Made by a program: the position numbers and the translations under genes. A stretch of 64,000 bases of DNA. Origin: a virus (lineage: Duplodnaviria; Caudoviricetes). Shown piece by piece: positions 28,087 to 37,798 of this stretch. Under the pieces are notes generated by a model. That model saw only the letters and a program-made list of their open reading frames with translations. It ran no database searches and had not been told where the DNA came from. Numbering within the stretch: the stretch's first letter is position 1; the number at the start of each line of letters is the position of its first letter. Where the stretch lies: the IMG/VR virus record IMGVR_UViG_3300009183_004565; one strand, written 5' to 3'.

Positions 28087-28994
28087 GAGCTAGCGAATTC
28101 GTAACAGAAGCACCACGTGACGTATTCCACTTCGTTGGGCATAGTCCTGCTGTTCCTCGCCCCACTGGAAATTATTACAAATGGCGTGTGAGTCTCAGCA
28201 ATGGTCAATACTATCATGTTAGAGCCGGTGCACACACTGACTTATCAAAATTCCAACAATACTTCACACGTAAATGGGGCGCAGAAATGCCCGATGTTGA
28301 AGCAGTGAAAGCCGAACGTTTAGAAAGACTCAGCGAACAAGATGTAGATGAAATGGCTGGCGAAATACACGGCGGGGTCAGGAAAGCCTTGATGGACAAA
28401 GGCTACAAATATCTAGGCAGCGGTATTGACAAGCAAGCATACCTAGAGCCAGGTACCGGACAGGTGTTGATCATATTTGGCTATCGCAAAGGTCAAAAAG
28501 ATTTCAGTCCTGATCAACGTATGTTTATAAACTGGATAAACTACTGTAATAAGAATCAGTCTAACCCACATTTACCCAAGTTCTCAGGATTTGAAAGTTT
28601 CAAATTCCAAGGCAAAAACTATATTCAAGCAAGAATGGAACCACTGCAAGAGTTACCTGATGAAATAGGATATCTAGTTGGACATGCTGATGAAGTTATA
28701 AAGAAACGCAAAACAGATTACAAAAAAGAACTCAAAACAATGTCACAGTATGCTATGCATACGTTTAATGACGAAGGCGGCGGTACATGGTATGAGTTAA
28801 AAGACGTCGTAAAGCATTTGGGTGGTAAAAAGGCAGCAGCGAATTTACTAAACACAGTGTATGATGTCAAACGTTTTGGACGTAAGCAAGGATACTCAAT
28901 TGATTTACACAAAGGAAATTATATGCAACGTGCCAACGGTACTATTGTGGTAAATGATCCTTTTGTATTATGGTTGAGGGGGATGCTAGATTGA
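28083..28994 (+). CDS. Protein kinase-like protein
   Basis: LGSGIDKQAY Gly loop, DLHKGN catalytic loop, VVNDP. Confidence 0.55.
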   Translation: MRASEFVTEAPRDVFHFVGHSPAVPRPTGNYYKWRVSLSNGQYYHVRAGAHTDLSKFQQYFTRKWGAEMPDVEAVKAERLERLSEQDVDEMAGEIHGGVRKALMDKGYKYLGSGIDKQAYLEPGTGQVLIIFGYRKGQKDFSPDQRMFINWINYCNKNQSNPHLPKFSGFESFKFQGKNYIQARMEPLQELPDEIGYLVGHADEVIKKRKTDYKKELKTMSQYAMHTFNDEGGGTWYELKDVVKHLGGKKAAANLLNTVYDVKRFGRKQGYSIDLHKGNYMQRANGTIVVNDPFVLWLRGMLD

Positions 28995-29641
28995 GAGCTA
29001 CTGAATTCATAGCAGAAGGTAAAAATACTCCAGTCATAGTAGTAGATGTTCAACCTGCCTATGTACCGTATGGGCCACAAGTATGTGAACGCATAGTGCA
29101 ATTTGTAAATAATCAAACAGGTCCCGTATTAATGTTTGTCAATGCTGAACGAGATGGAATGACCAATGATACCATTGATGATGTATTGTCTTATTGGGAA
29201 GAAACAGCAGCAGAGAATGATCCTGATTGGTATGACGATAATCCATTTGCACCAAGAAGTCCTGTAAATTGGAATCGTTTTCATATAGTAGACAAAGGGT
29301 ATGGTTGGTTTAGAACTTGGATGGATCAAGGAGTGCAACCAAAATTCATAATACAGTTGATTCGTTACATGTATCAGCGTAGAATAACCGACATTCGTGA
29401 TGACATTGATGGTGTTTATGAATATATGACACACAATCCCACAGGAGGCCAAATTGTTGATTGGCAGGATTGGATGGAAGATGAATCCTTTACAATCAAT
29501 TGGACCAGTGTAGCACAACTAAAAAGATTTAATGGATCTTATATAGTAGGCGGTGGTAGAGATGAATGCTTGCGTGAAGTCGAATTACTCATGAATGCAT
29601 TCAATATAAAATATAGAAGAGTGGATAGTTTGATTTACTGA
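28991..29641 (+). CDS. Isochorismatase/cysteine hydrolase-like protein
   Basis: VIVVDVQPAY and GGGRDECL; TTG start gives MRATEFIAE. Confidence 0.5.
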   Translation: MRATEFIAEGKNTPVIVVDVQPAYVPYGPQVCERIVQFVNNQTGPVLMFVNAERDGMTNDTIDDVLSYWEETAAENDPDWYDDNPFAPRSPVNWNRFHIVDKGYGWFRTWMDQGVQPKFIIQLIRYMYQRRITDIRDDIDGVYEYMTHNPTGGQIVDWQDWMEDESFTINWTSVAQLKRFNGSYIVGGGRDECLREVELLMNAFNIKYRRVDSLIY

Positions 29642-30258
29642 TGAGAGCTAAAGAATTTATCACTGAAATAGATCGTAGAGGATTCCTAGGAGCACTAGGA
29701 GCTGGTGCTATGGCTGCTGCTGGAGTTCCTGCCGAAGCAAAATCCAAGAAACCAGAGCCAATGGCATTTTTAAGTGCCCACATGGAAGCAGAAGAAATGT
29801 TACACAAGACTGCTCTAAATTCCGGAATGCGTGGTACAGAACTGGCACAATTTTTAGCACAATGTTACCACGAATCTGCCGGCTTTGCTCGTATGCACGA
29901 ATATGCTAGCGGTGCAGAATACGAAGGACGTCGTGATCTTGGTAATGTAAACCGGGGCGACGGGGTGAGATACAAAGGACGTGGCTTTATACAGATCACC
30001 GGTAGAGATAACTATCGTCGTGCTGGACAAGCCCTGGGCTTGCCACTAGAAGAACGACCTGGATTAGCCAGTAGACCTGATGTTGCTGCACGGATTGCTG
30101 TATGGTATTGGGCAAGTCGTGTTAGACCCAATGTTGCTAACTTTAATGATACTCGTGCAGTTACACAACGTATCAATCCCAAACTAAATGGGCTAGCTGA
30201 TAGACACGAAAACTTTAAAGATTATAAAAATATGTTTGTTGCAACAAGGACAAGATAA
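29641..30258 (+). CDS. Glycoside hydrolase family 19 (endolysin/chitinase-class)
   Basis: AQFLAQCYHESAG, YKGRGFIQITGRDNY, VTQRIN..NGL.DR; N-terminal RRGFL Tat-like motif. Confidence 0.9.
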   Translation: MRAKEFITEIDRRGFLGALGAGAMAAAGVPAEAKSKKPEPMAFLSAHMEAEEMLHKTALNSGMRGTELAQFLAQCYHESAGFARMHEYASGAEYEGRRDLGNVNRGDGVRYKGRGFIQITGRDNYRRAGQALGLPLEERPGLASRPDVAARIAVWYWASRVRPNVANFNDTRAVTQRINPKLNGLADRHENFKDYKNMFVATRTR

Positions 30259-31499
30259 TGAGAGCAAAAGATTTTGCACTAGAAGCAAAGCCGCTAGCAC
30301 CACTAGAAATACCAACACCAGCACAGTCCACAGTTGAAAAATCTGTCAAAATGGCCAATCATATTGACAAAGTGCTTGACCAATACGAAATTAAAAAATC
30401 AATTATTCAACAAGAAATAGACCGATTAAAAGATCAAATTGAATCACTAAAGTACGGCCCACCCGAAGGATCAACTGTAACACAGAAAGGTCGGGGATGG
30501 GTCGGTAGAGATAGAGAAGGACACCCAATTGGCGGCGGTCCCGTGGACGAAGCATTTGACCAACCTTATGACATGAGCTGGGAAAAAGGTGAAGCTGGCG
30601 AAGATTACGATGCACTGGTTCGACTACCCGATGGGTCTAATCTTTCCATAATGTTTAACGAAGAAGGTCCTGGTCAGTACATGGTTGAGTTCTGGAGAGG
30701 CGCTGAACAATCAGTTACTGGCGAAGGCGACGCACAAAGAATATTTGCCACTGTGTTAGCAGCAATAGCCAAATTTATACAACAACATCAACCACAATCA
30801 ATCGTCTTTTCTGCACACAAAGAAGATGATCCGGAACAAAAATCAGACAGCCGCAGTAAATTGTACAATAGATTAGTGCAGCGGTATGCCGGTACTATAG
30901 GTTATAGTTATCGAAGTTGGGATACTGGAGACAGTGTACAATATGAACTGACTAGATTAAAGCCGGGTGTAGCGGAAAGCAGAGAAAACTTCAATGGTAT
31001 AGATATCTCTCTTGAAATACAGAAAGATGATGAATATGTCGATGATGAAGATTATGATAACCAGGTAATATATGTTACTGCTAGTAGCAACGGTAGAGAA
31101 TTGGGTCATGTGTTATTTGCGTTTGATGGTGAATATTTAATGCCGCAGGATTTAGAAGTTGAAGAACGCTTTCGTGGTCAAGGTATTGCTCAAACAATGT
31201 ACGATTATGTAAAGAGTAAAGGATATAAAATTCGCCGTAGTGGACAACAAACTGATGCCGGCGCTGGATTTTGGGACAAACACAAAGGTCAAGGACAACA
31301 TGTCTGGGAGCAAGGTGTAGTGGAAAATTTCGCTGATGGCAAGGTCAAAGGTAAAAGCCGTCCAGGTCGGGTCAAACGTGCAGGTGCCAGTTGCAACGGA
31401 TCAGTCACTGACCTACGTCAACGTGCAAAAAATGCATCAGGTGAACGAGCCAAAATGTATCACTGGTGCGCTAACATGAAAAGCGGTCGTAAGAAATAA
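30258..31499 (+). CDS. Multidomain protein including a GNAT acetyltransferase domain
   Basis: VEERFRGQGIAQTMY acetyl-CoA motif; E-containing linkers; basic C-terminal HWC module. Confidence 0.6.
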   Translation: MRAKDFALEAKPLAPLEIPTPAQSTVEKSVKMANHIDKVLDQYEIKKSIIQQEIDRLKDQIESLKYGPPEGSTVTQKGRGWVGRDREGHPIGGGPVDEAFDQPYDMSWEKGEAGEDYDALVRLPDGSNLSIMFNEEGPGQYMVEFWRGAEQSVTGEGDAQRIFATVLAAIAKFIQQHQPQSIVFSAHKEDDPEQKSDSRSKLYNRLVQRYAGTIGYSYRSWDTGDSVQYELTRLKPGVAESRENFNGIDISLEIQKDDEYVDDEDYDNQVIYVTASSNGRELGHVLFAFDGEYLMPQDLEVEERFRGQGIAQTMYDYVKSKGYKIRRSGQQTDAGAGFWDKHKGQGQHVWEQGVVENFADGKVKGKSRPGRVKRAGASCNGSVTDLRQRAKNASGERAKMYHWCANMKSGRKK

Positions 31500-32327
31500 A
31501 TGAACCAATGCATTGATCATAATATGCATGATATAATTTCCCAATTGGACTTTGATCCTAAGAATCCTTTTGATCTAGATACTGATATTGTTCCCGAACG
31601 TTTTGTTCAAGGATTTTATAGTACATATTTGCTGAGTTGTTATACTGGTGATTACAATGCTACAATAGTTTACCCAGCAATCCTAAATAATTTAAAAACT
31701 AAACAATATGAACAATATATAGGATCATTTAATCAACAAGAAAGAGAACAGCTTTATCAATACTTTGATAAAATGATACAGGATGAAACAGAACACACTG
31801 ATCAGTTTTTAATTATGCTTAATAAAATAAATCCTCAAGACATTGACCTAAACTGTTTAAAACAAAACGCTCAATGGATGATAGAAAATACCAATCTAAT
31901 AAAGTTATTAGCAAGAATTTATGTTGCAGAATGTTACGTTTGGGTATCTTTTTTTCAAATATATAAAACTAGTACTAGTGATGATAAAAAACGTATTTTT
32001 AAAAAACTGTTGGTCGAAGAATCCCAACATAATAATAATATATTAAAATTCTTAAAGAAAATTAAACAGACTACTGTTGCTTTAACTAAAGACGAATACA
32101 TTAATTTTGTCAAGGAAGATAGATTAATGAATCTTTTATATATTCAACACGAGTGTAAAATTCCTGATGCTAATTCTGCGGCTTTTAAAAAAGTAGTACA
32201 GTTTGTTTACAATAATGCATGGCACGATAAGTTTAACGAATTACTAATTAAAAAAACATATCAATTGTCTGCTGTACTATTTCCCGAAATAACATTTGAA
32301 GAATTTAAATCCGCTGTAAACGGTTGA
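31500..32327 (+). CDS. Ferritin-like di-iron protein, hypothetical
   Basis: Two ExxH motifs (DETEH, EESQH). Confidence 0.5.
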   Translation: MNQCIDHNMHDIISQLDFDPKNPFDLDTDIVPERFVQGFYSTYLLSCYTGDYNATIVYPAILNNLKTKQYEQYIGSFNQQEREQLYQYFDKMIQDETEHTDQFLIMLNKINPQDIDLNCLKQNAQWMIENTNLIKLLARIYVAECYVWVSFFQIYKTSTSDDKKRIFKKLLVEESQHNNNILKFLKKIKQTTVALTKDEYINFVKEDRLMNLLYIQHECKIPDANSAAFKKVVQFVYNNAWHDKFNELLIKKTYQLSAVLFPEITFEEFKSAVNG

Positions 32328-32352
32328 CCAAAAATACCCATTTTGTTATACT
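32324..32352 (+). promoter_or_regulatory. Early sigma70 promoter cassette
   Basis: TTGACC-17-TATACT. Confidence 0.7.
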
Positions 32353-32382
32353 CTTATTATAGTAACTAATAGGGAGTTAACA

Positions 32383-32679
32383 ATGTCACAAATATCTATT
32401 CAGGATGTTAATTCAGCAATTATGTTTGGCTCGTTTACAAATGAGCAACTGGAAAGCATTGCGTCTGCTGTAAAATATCGTCGTAGCGAAATTGCCAAGT
32501 CCGTCAAACGTAGTGTTGCAAAAGGTGCAACTGTGCGTTTCTATCATAACGGACAAGGGCGTGAAGTTGTTGGTACAGTGGAAAAAGTTGCAATAAAGTT
32601 TATTACTGTCCGTGAAAATAATCGCGCTCTGGGCGGGCTGTGGCGTGTTTCTGCCAGCATGTTAACTGTTATTGAATAA
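32383..32679 (+). CDS. Hypothetical protein
   Basis: AGGGAG SD, follows promoter cassette. Confidence 0.65.
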   Translation: MSQISIQDVNSAIMFGSFTNEQLESIASAVKYRRSEIAKSVKRSVAKGATVRFYHNGQGREVVGTVEKVAIKFITVRENNRALGGLWRVSASMLTVIE

Positions 32680-32695
32680 GCAACACTTTTTTTGG

Positions 32696-32748
32696 TAGAC
32701 CAAAAATCCCCATTTTGCTATAATATGTTTATAGTAACTAATAAGGAG
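32696..32748 (+). promoter_or_regulatory. Early promoter plus RBS cassette
   Basis: TAGACC-17-TATAAT...TAAGGAG. Confidence 0.7.
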
Positions 32749-32754
32749 TACACA

Positions 32755-33054
32755 ATGTCAAAGCTAATCGCATTTACTGTTGAGCTGTATAAAACAGATC
32801 GTCGTATCAAAAAAGACGAGCGTTATGGTCGTAACAAAAAAGGTCTACGTTTTGTAGAAGCGGTAGATTTCACACCCAGCACCCGGGACTATATCAGCAC
32901 CGTTGAAGCTGACATGCGCGAGCGGGGTTTTGTTGTCAACGTGTTTGAAACTTTTGTTACAAAAAAGAACATGATGTCAGGTTATGAGTATCAAGAACGT
33001 TATGACACACCTGCCTTCTGTTCACCCAGTTCTGAATCTTTTTGGAGTATGTAA
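32755..33054 (+). CDS. Hypothetical protein
   Basis: ATG 32755 after SD; track start runs through the promoter. Confidence 0.65.
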   Translation: MSKLIAFTVELYKTDRRIKKDERYGRNKKGLRFVEAVDFTPSTRDYISTVEADMRERGFVVNVFETFVTKKNMMSGYEYQERYDTPAFCSPSSESFWSM

Positions 33055-33055
33055 T

Positions 33056-33397
33056 ATGGACTTTACTCAAGACCAAATCAACAATATCGTGCGTGAAGCT
33101 AGAGATGCTGCTTATGCGGCTTCGGATGAATTTTTCCGAGAGAAACTAGGTGGTGTGGATCAATTTGCCTGTGGCTTTGCTTGGACCAACATCTACAAGG
33201 TCAAAGGCAATACTCGATTGGGTCGGATGCTAAAGGCAGCAGGTGTGCGCCAAGACTACACCAAAACCTTTCAGTTGTGGAACCCTGCAGGATATCCAGT
33301 GCAGAATATTGACACATTGGAAACAGGTGCCAGGGCTGCGGCTGATGTATTCCGCAAGTATGGCTTTGATGCTTACGCAGGTAGCCGACTAGATTGA
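33056..33397 (+). CDS. Hypothetical protein
   Basis: ATG 33056; CGFAW..YAGSRLD pattern. Confidence 0.6.
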   Translation: MDFTQDQINNIVREARDAAYAASDEFFREKLGGVDQFACGFAWTNIYKVKGNTRLGRMLKAAGVRQDYTKTFQLWNPAGYPVQNIDTLETGARAAADVFRKYGFDAYAGSRLD

Positions 33398-33447
33398 CTC
33401 TAATTGCCTATCTTGCTATAATGACACTTTTGTTATAGGAGTTATAC

Positions 33448-33729
33448 ATGTGGTCAGATACAATTCAAAAAGATCCTTATCCGCATCTTTGTGTCGCTCT
33501 TGACAAAGATACTTTCTTTGCGGATCTTGATGCCAAAGCGGAACATGCCAAATCCATGCGCGAAAGTATTTGCATAAGAGAAGAAATTGAACACAGATTC
33601 GAAAATATTACCCAATGGTTGACTAGACATGGTTACCGCTGCGGCGATGATTATTTTGAATATAGAGATAGTTACAGATTTGCAAACAATGGCCTGGCTA
33701 CAGCCTTTGCTTTAGTGTGGACAAAATAA
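33448..33729 (+). CDS. Short ORF, FxL(K/R)W-like family
   Basis: Ends YRFANNGLATAFALVWTK. Confidence 0.55.
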   Translation: MWSDTIQKDPYPHLCVALDKDTFFADLDAKAEHAKSMRESICIREEIEHRFENITQWLTRHGYRCGDDYFEYRDSYRFANNGLATAFALVWTK

Positions 33730-33879
33730 ACAAGGAGATTGTTATGAAAAAACGATTTTTAGAAAATTTAATTGATGCAATCCCTACGCCGAGTCCTGAA
33801 TTTGGCGACACCTTGGTTAATCTAGGCTTGGCGTTTACTGCAGGATTCCTTATTGCCATGTTAGTTTTTGCGGGATAAT

Positions 33880-34146
33880 GTGAACGCCCGTAGCACATAT
33901 CAAATAATGCAGGAGATGAAGGCGGCCAAGCAAGAGGAAATTGACCGCTTCAAAGCCAAGGTTGTGCATCCTGAAACACTAAAGCTGTTATTTGAAATGC
34001 AACAAGAACGTGTACCTTGTGTCAACTGTCTTGCTATTACCAAAACAGATGTACACGTAGAATATCGTACCGGCATAGCAGTGTTCACCAAATATGTTTG
34101 CCCTAGGTGTAAACATGAATTTATGGAGAAGGATATTCCACGATGA
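33880..34146 (+). CDS. Small Zn-ribbon protein
   Basis: CVNC and CPRC pairs. Confidence 0.55.
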   Translation: MNARSTYQIMQEMKAAKQEEIDRFKAKVVHPETLKLLFEMQQERVPCVNCLAITKTDVHVEYRTGIAVFTKYVCPRCKHEFMEKDIPR

Positions 34147-34412
34147 ATGAAAAGATCAAATTACTTGCTGAACAAGCCAAAGCCAGTGTTCCTGCCGGTT
34201 TACTTGTAAACGAGTGGATAGAGCGGTATAATGAAATATTTGCTAAATTGATTATTGAAGAATGTATATCAAGTGTAGGATCACAGGCAGATAAAATGTA
34301 TCTTCGCAAACGATTTGATCTTCCTGTGGAGAGTGATATTGTATACCCTGCCACAGAAGAATCGTGGTCGGTTAAATCGCAATACAATAGAGAGTATAAC
34401 TTTCCAAAATGA
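34143..34412 (+). CDS. Hypothetical protein, FAxLIxxEC family
   Basis: MNEKIKLLAEQA...FAKLIIEEC. Confidence 0.55.
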   Translation: MNEKIKLLAEQAKASVPAGLLVNEWIERYNEIFAKLIIEECISSVGSQADKMYLRKRFDLPVESDIVYPATEESWSVKSQYNREYNFPK

Positions 34413-34913
34413 AAGAGTTTATATCAGTTATCTTTTCAATTCCAATATTAATATTTGGATTCGTCTATGTCTTTTTATGGGTAGTTCCGTTGGATTTGAT
34501 CAAGCAGAGAATGAACAAAAAACAACCTTTTAATACTCATCCTTTACCCATGCAAAATTTAATTGATAAAGTAAAAGAAGAGAATACATTAAAATCAAAT
34601 GATTGGGGAGGAGCATAATATGAACGATCCACGTTGCTGCGGTACAGATAACTGTGTTATCAATCAAGATGGTGAATGTTGGTGTGGACAGCGTTGGGAT
34701 GGTGAGAAGATGTGCCAACCTTATTTCGTAAATGAATCAGGCGTAAAAGTCAGTGCTGTAACTGGAGATCTTGTGAATGATTAAGAAAATTAGAGTTCGT
34801 CTGGCACGTTGGATCTTGGGTCAACATTGTCCTTGCTATGTAATGGGTTATCATCATATGGTAGACTTTCAGCAGCGTAGTGCAGATTCTTTAATGAAGA
34901 AAGTGATAAAGAA

Positions 34914-35132
34914 ATGAACAACCAATTGGAAGATTTAATGTACCAAGCCGGATTAACTGCACAAGGCTGTTGGGATGAAATGGATGATTATGCCAAAGAA
35001 GCCATTAAACGGCTTGCCGAGTTAATTGTTACAGAATGTGCCCTGATTGCCAACGAAATTGTTGAAGAATACGAAGGTGTCAACTATGGGGTTGGCCGTA
35101 TTTTGAAAAACCGTTTTGGAGTTACTGAATAA
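34914..35132 (+). CDS. Hypothetical protein, FAxLIxxEC family
   Basis: RLAELIVTECA...RFGVTE. Confidence 0.55.
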   Translation: MNNQLEDLMYQAGLTAQGCWDEMDDYAKEAIKRLAELIVTECALIANEIVEEYEGVNYGVGRILKNRFGVTE

Positions 35133-35146
35133 GCAACTTTTTTTGG

Positions 35147-35208
35147 TTGACCAAAAATCCCTATTTTGCTATAATATGTTTATAGTAATTAACAAGGAGC
35201 AGCAAATG
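35147..35208 (+). promoter_or_regulatory. Early promoter plus RBS cassette
   Basis: TTGACC-17-TATAAT...AACAAGGAGCAGCAAATG. Confidence 0.75.
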
Positions 35209-35409
35209 GGCTATACTGTACTTGGAGAGCGTGATGCACGTTTTCAACCGCGTAAAGGACTAGAAGGTCCGTTTTACTTTGGTAACGGTCGTGTGTTGTA
35301 CTACGACCCAAAGGTAGGCGAGTATTGGGATCCACTCACTGACTTTTATGTGGACCGCGAAGAAGTTAACCTGTTGCACGAATACATGGCAAAAATATTG
35401 TCGCGATGA
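35206..35409 (+). CDS. Hypothetical protein
   Basis: ATG 35206; GLEGPF..GRVLYYDPK.GEYWDP.TDFY. Confidence 0.65.
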   Translation: MGYTVLGERDARFQPRKGLEGPFYFGNGRVLYYDPKVGEYWDPLTDFYVDREEVNLLHEYMAKILSR

Positions 35410-35648
35410 AAGTTCTAATTAAAGACATACAACCGGCGTTCGACAATGCACATAAGCCCATGTGGGCCAAGCATTCCGGAGGACGCATATTAGATCAATA
35501 TGAAGGACGAACACTACCTTCACAGTGGTGGGAAAAAGAATACAATGTAAAGATTCACTGTGATAAATCAACTTGGCCATATAAATGGCACATGGCTGAG
35601 TTTGAAAGTTCGGAAGTGTTAACTATGTTTCTACTGAAGTGGAGTTAA
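35406..35648 (+). CDS. Short ORF, FxL(K/R)W family
   Basis: Ends EFESSEVLTMFLLKWS. Confidence 0.6.
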   Translation: MKVLIKDIQPAFDNAHKPMWAKHSGGRILDQYEGRTLPSQWWEKEYNVKIHCDKSTWPYKWHMAEFESSEVLTMFLLKWS

Positions 35649-35755
35649 TAATGCAAACTATTACCTTATCAACTGTTGTTTTTTTAGCAACAATTGCTGT
35701 TACTTTTGTTGCAAGTTTCATAACTTTGGGCAACATACTAGCCCAATACTTTTTT

Positions 35756-36057
35756 GGTTGACCATAATTCCCTATTTTGCTATAATATGTGTATAGTGAA
35801 TAACAAGGAGTAGCAAATGAGCAAACTTTACCAAGTAACATACACTTTAGAAGTAACCGAGCTTGTTGAAGCAGATAGCAAAGAAGATGCAGAGCAAGCG
35901 TTTAGTGAGCAGTTTAGTGATGCACAAGACTTGTTGGAAATGGGCAAGTATAAAGTCAAACGTGTCACAGAACGTTCTGCTTAAAACGGTTGACCATAAT
36001 TCCCCATTTTGCTATAATATGTGTATAGTGAATAACAAGGAGTAGCAAATGAGCAAA
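35756..36057 (+). repeat. 70-bp direct repeat (35756-35825 and 35988-36057) of promoter+RBS+MSK start
   Basis: GGTTGACCATAATTCCC(T/C)ATTTTGCTATAATATGTGTATAGTGAATAACAAGGAGTAGCAAATGAGCAAA, one mismatch. Confidence 0.9.
35817..35984 (+). CDS. Small hypothetical protein (55 aa)
   Basis: MSKLYQVTY..., starts inside the repeat after the SD; not in track. Confidence 0.65.
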   Translation: MSKLYQVTYTLEVTELVEADSKEDAEQAFSEQFSDAQDLLEMGKYKVKRVTERSA

Positions 36058-36204
36058 AAACACTTTGAGTCGTTGGCCAAATATGTTCGTGCTATTATGG
36101 ATCCGCATGCCAGACTGCAAGCGGCTTGTGCGGTAGCAAGTGCCTGTGCCGAAGCCAATCCAAGATTTGATACACAGAAATTTTTTGATGCGTGTGGAGT
36201 ATAA
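36049..36204 (+). CDS. Small hypothetical protein (51 aa)
   Basis: MSKKHFESLA...NPRFDTQKFFDACGV; not in track. Confidence 0.65.
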   Translation: MSKKHFESLAKYVRAIMDPHARLQAACAVASACAEANPRFDTQKFFDACGV

Positions 36205-36206
36205 TT

Positions 36207-36461
36207 ATGCAAACCGAACAAGAATTGGTGTTTAATATTTTAAAAGACAGCCCGCAGTTCAAACGCGAGCAGCATGGTAGTTTGTGGGATCGTGGTAGTG
36301 CAGACAGTTATTATCATCGTCCAAGAGGCCCACATTGGTGGCCTGAAGGTACGGGTAATGGCGAAAAGATTACAGACCTGACCCCTGCAGAACGTGCCGA
36401 GTATGATGCAGGTTACGATTATAACGAAGAGTACGGCGACAAGAAAAACTACGGAGATTGA
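36207..36461 (+). CDS. Hypothetical protein
   Basis: HGSLWDRGSADSYY.R...PH; ATG 36207. Confidence 0.6.
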   Translation: MQTEQELVFNILKDSPQFKREQHGSLWDRGSADSYYHRPRGPHWWPEGTGNGEKITDLTPAERAEYDAGYDYNEEYGDKKNYGD

Positions 36462-36462
36462 T

Positions 36463-36672
36463 ATGCGAATTAAAAAGAAAGCGGTAGACGTCGTTGAAGT
36501 AGCAGTAGAAACAGATCCAGCCATTATAGAGTTTTTGGCCAAAGGTGGAGTTATTCAGTCAATTCCTACAGGCAAGAGTTCTCCAGAAGCAGGCAACAGT
36601 GCCTGGGGCAATTCCAAAGCCAAACCTAAGCCAAAAGACATTACTGACATCAACATTGATGCATTGGATTAA
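36463..36672 (+). CDS. Hypothetical protein
   Basis: EFLAKGGVIQ motif. Confidence 0.55.
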   Translation: MRIKKKAVDVVEVAVETDPAIIEFLAKGGVIQSIPTGKSSPEAGNSAWGNSKAKPKPKDITDINIDALD

Positions 36673-36854
36673 TGATGACACATATTGAGAAACTAGCAAA
36701 CGACATTGCCTTTCTGTCAAATGACAGTTTACAGAAGTTGGCACAGGAGTTAGTAGTACATTATGCTACTCGTGCTGATGTGCTTGAAACAAAACTAGGC
36801 GCAGCATTTTTTGACAACGAAGTATTTTTCGGAGGAGAACTTTTAAATGGGTAA
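36672..36854 (+). CDS. Hypothetical protein
   Basis: 60-aa ORF coupled to upstream stop. Confidence 0.5.
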   Translation: MMTHIEKLANDIAFLSNDSLQKLAQELVVHYATRADVLETKLGAAFFDNEVFFGGELLNG

Positions 36855-37457
36855 CTTTCTTGTTCAGGTAGAATACGATCCGGGCACAAACAACTATTAT
36901 GCTCAATTCGCAGATGGTGATACTGTTAATTTAAATGCAAGCAATTATCAGGATGCTGTCATTGAAGCAGATCATATCAATCCGGCCAACTACGAGTTGG
37001 GCTATAACTAATGACTGCCCAGCCTGTCGCCGGCGAACTTGGACCTAAACAGCAAATGGCTGCTGACGGTCCAGACACTGGTCCAGACATGATGATATAC
37101 GTATGCGCCGGGTGCAATAGGCAGTATTATGATACCGGATTGTATTTTTATGGTACGAGTTCTACTCGTTGTATTTGGTGTACTAAATTTCCGAAAGGAT
37201 CTAAAAAATGAGCAAGTTTATTTTGGGTGTAGTGGTTACTTTGGCTGTACTGTATCCGGCTGTGACAAAGAATCTCTTTGGGCAGGCTGTGGATACTACG
37301 CATACCGTGGTTACAACCACTATCGAAAAGAATCAGTGATTTTGGTAATACTGCCGCCAAAAAGAGGTTGACTCAAAGTTCGAAAGGCAGTAATATAGTA
37401 GGACGTTGCAGTGAAGCAACTGGTGTTTTTATCAATTAACTTTATGGAGTATTTCTA

Positions 37458-37781
37458 ATGTCTGACAAAACTTTTAATGTTGGTGGTGTTTCTAAATCTA
37501 AAGGTGGTTACAAAGTTCGTTTTGCTAGCGACATGACTCGTGTCAAGATCCTGGCCAAAACTGATACGGATATCAACCTAGTCGAACTTCCAACAGCAAT
37601 GACCAAGCCTGAGCTGGTCGCGTTCCTTAAAACTTCCGAGCTGTATCTCAAAGCCGAGTACAAGGAAGCAATTGACGCAGCAGATACCAAGTACAACGAT
37701 GCAGGTACTGTCAAGGTCAAAGCTTCGGCGCCTAGCATGGATGCTATCAAAGCCCGTGCTAGCAAGAAGCAGGTCGCTTAA
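37458..37781 (+). CDS. Hypothetical protein
   Basis: GGAG SD, TTGACT promoter upstream, followed by terminator. Confidence 0.65.
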   Translation: MSDKTFNVGGVSKSKGGYKVRFASDMTRVKILAKTDTDINLVELPTAMTKPELVAFLKTSELYLKAEYKEAIDAADTKYNDAGTVKVKASAPSMDAIKARASKKQVA

Positions 37782-37798
37782 TAAATACTAAGCACCGG

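Noticed and set aside
32692-36045. Track starts at 32692 and 35116, and ORF 35863-36045
   Set aside because: They read through the promoter cassette (giving VDQKS.FCYNM look-alikes); real starts follow the AAGGAG
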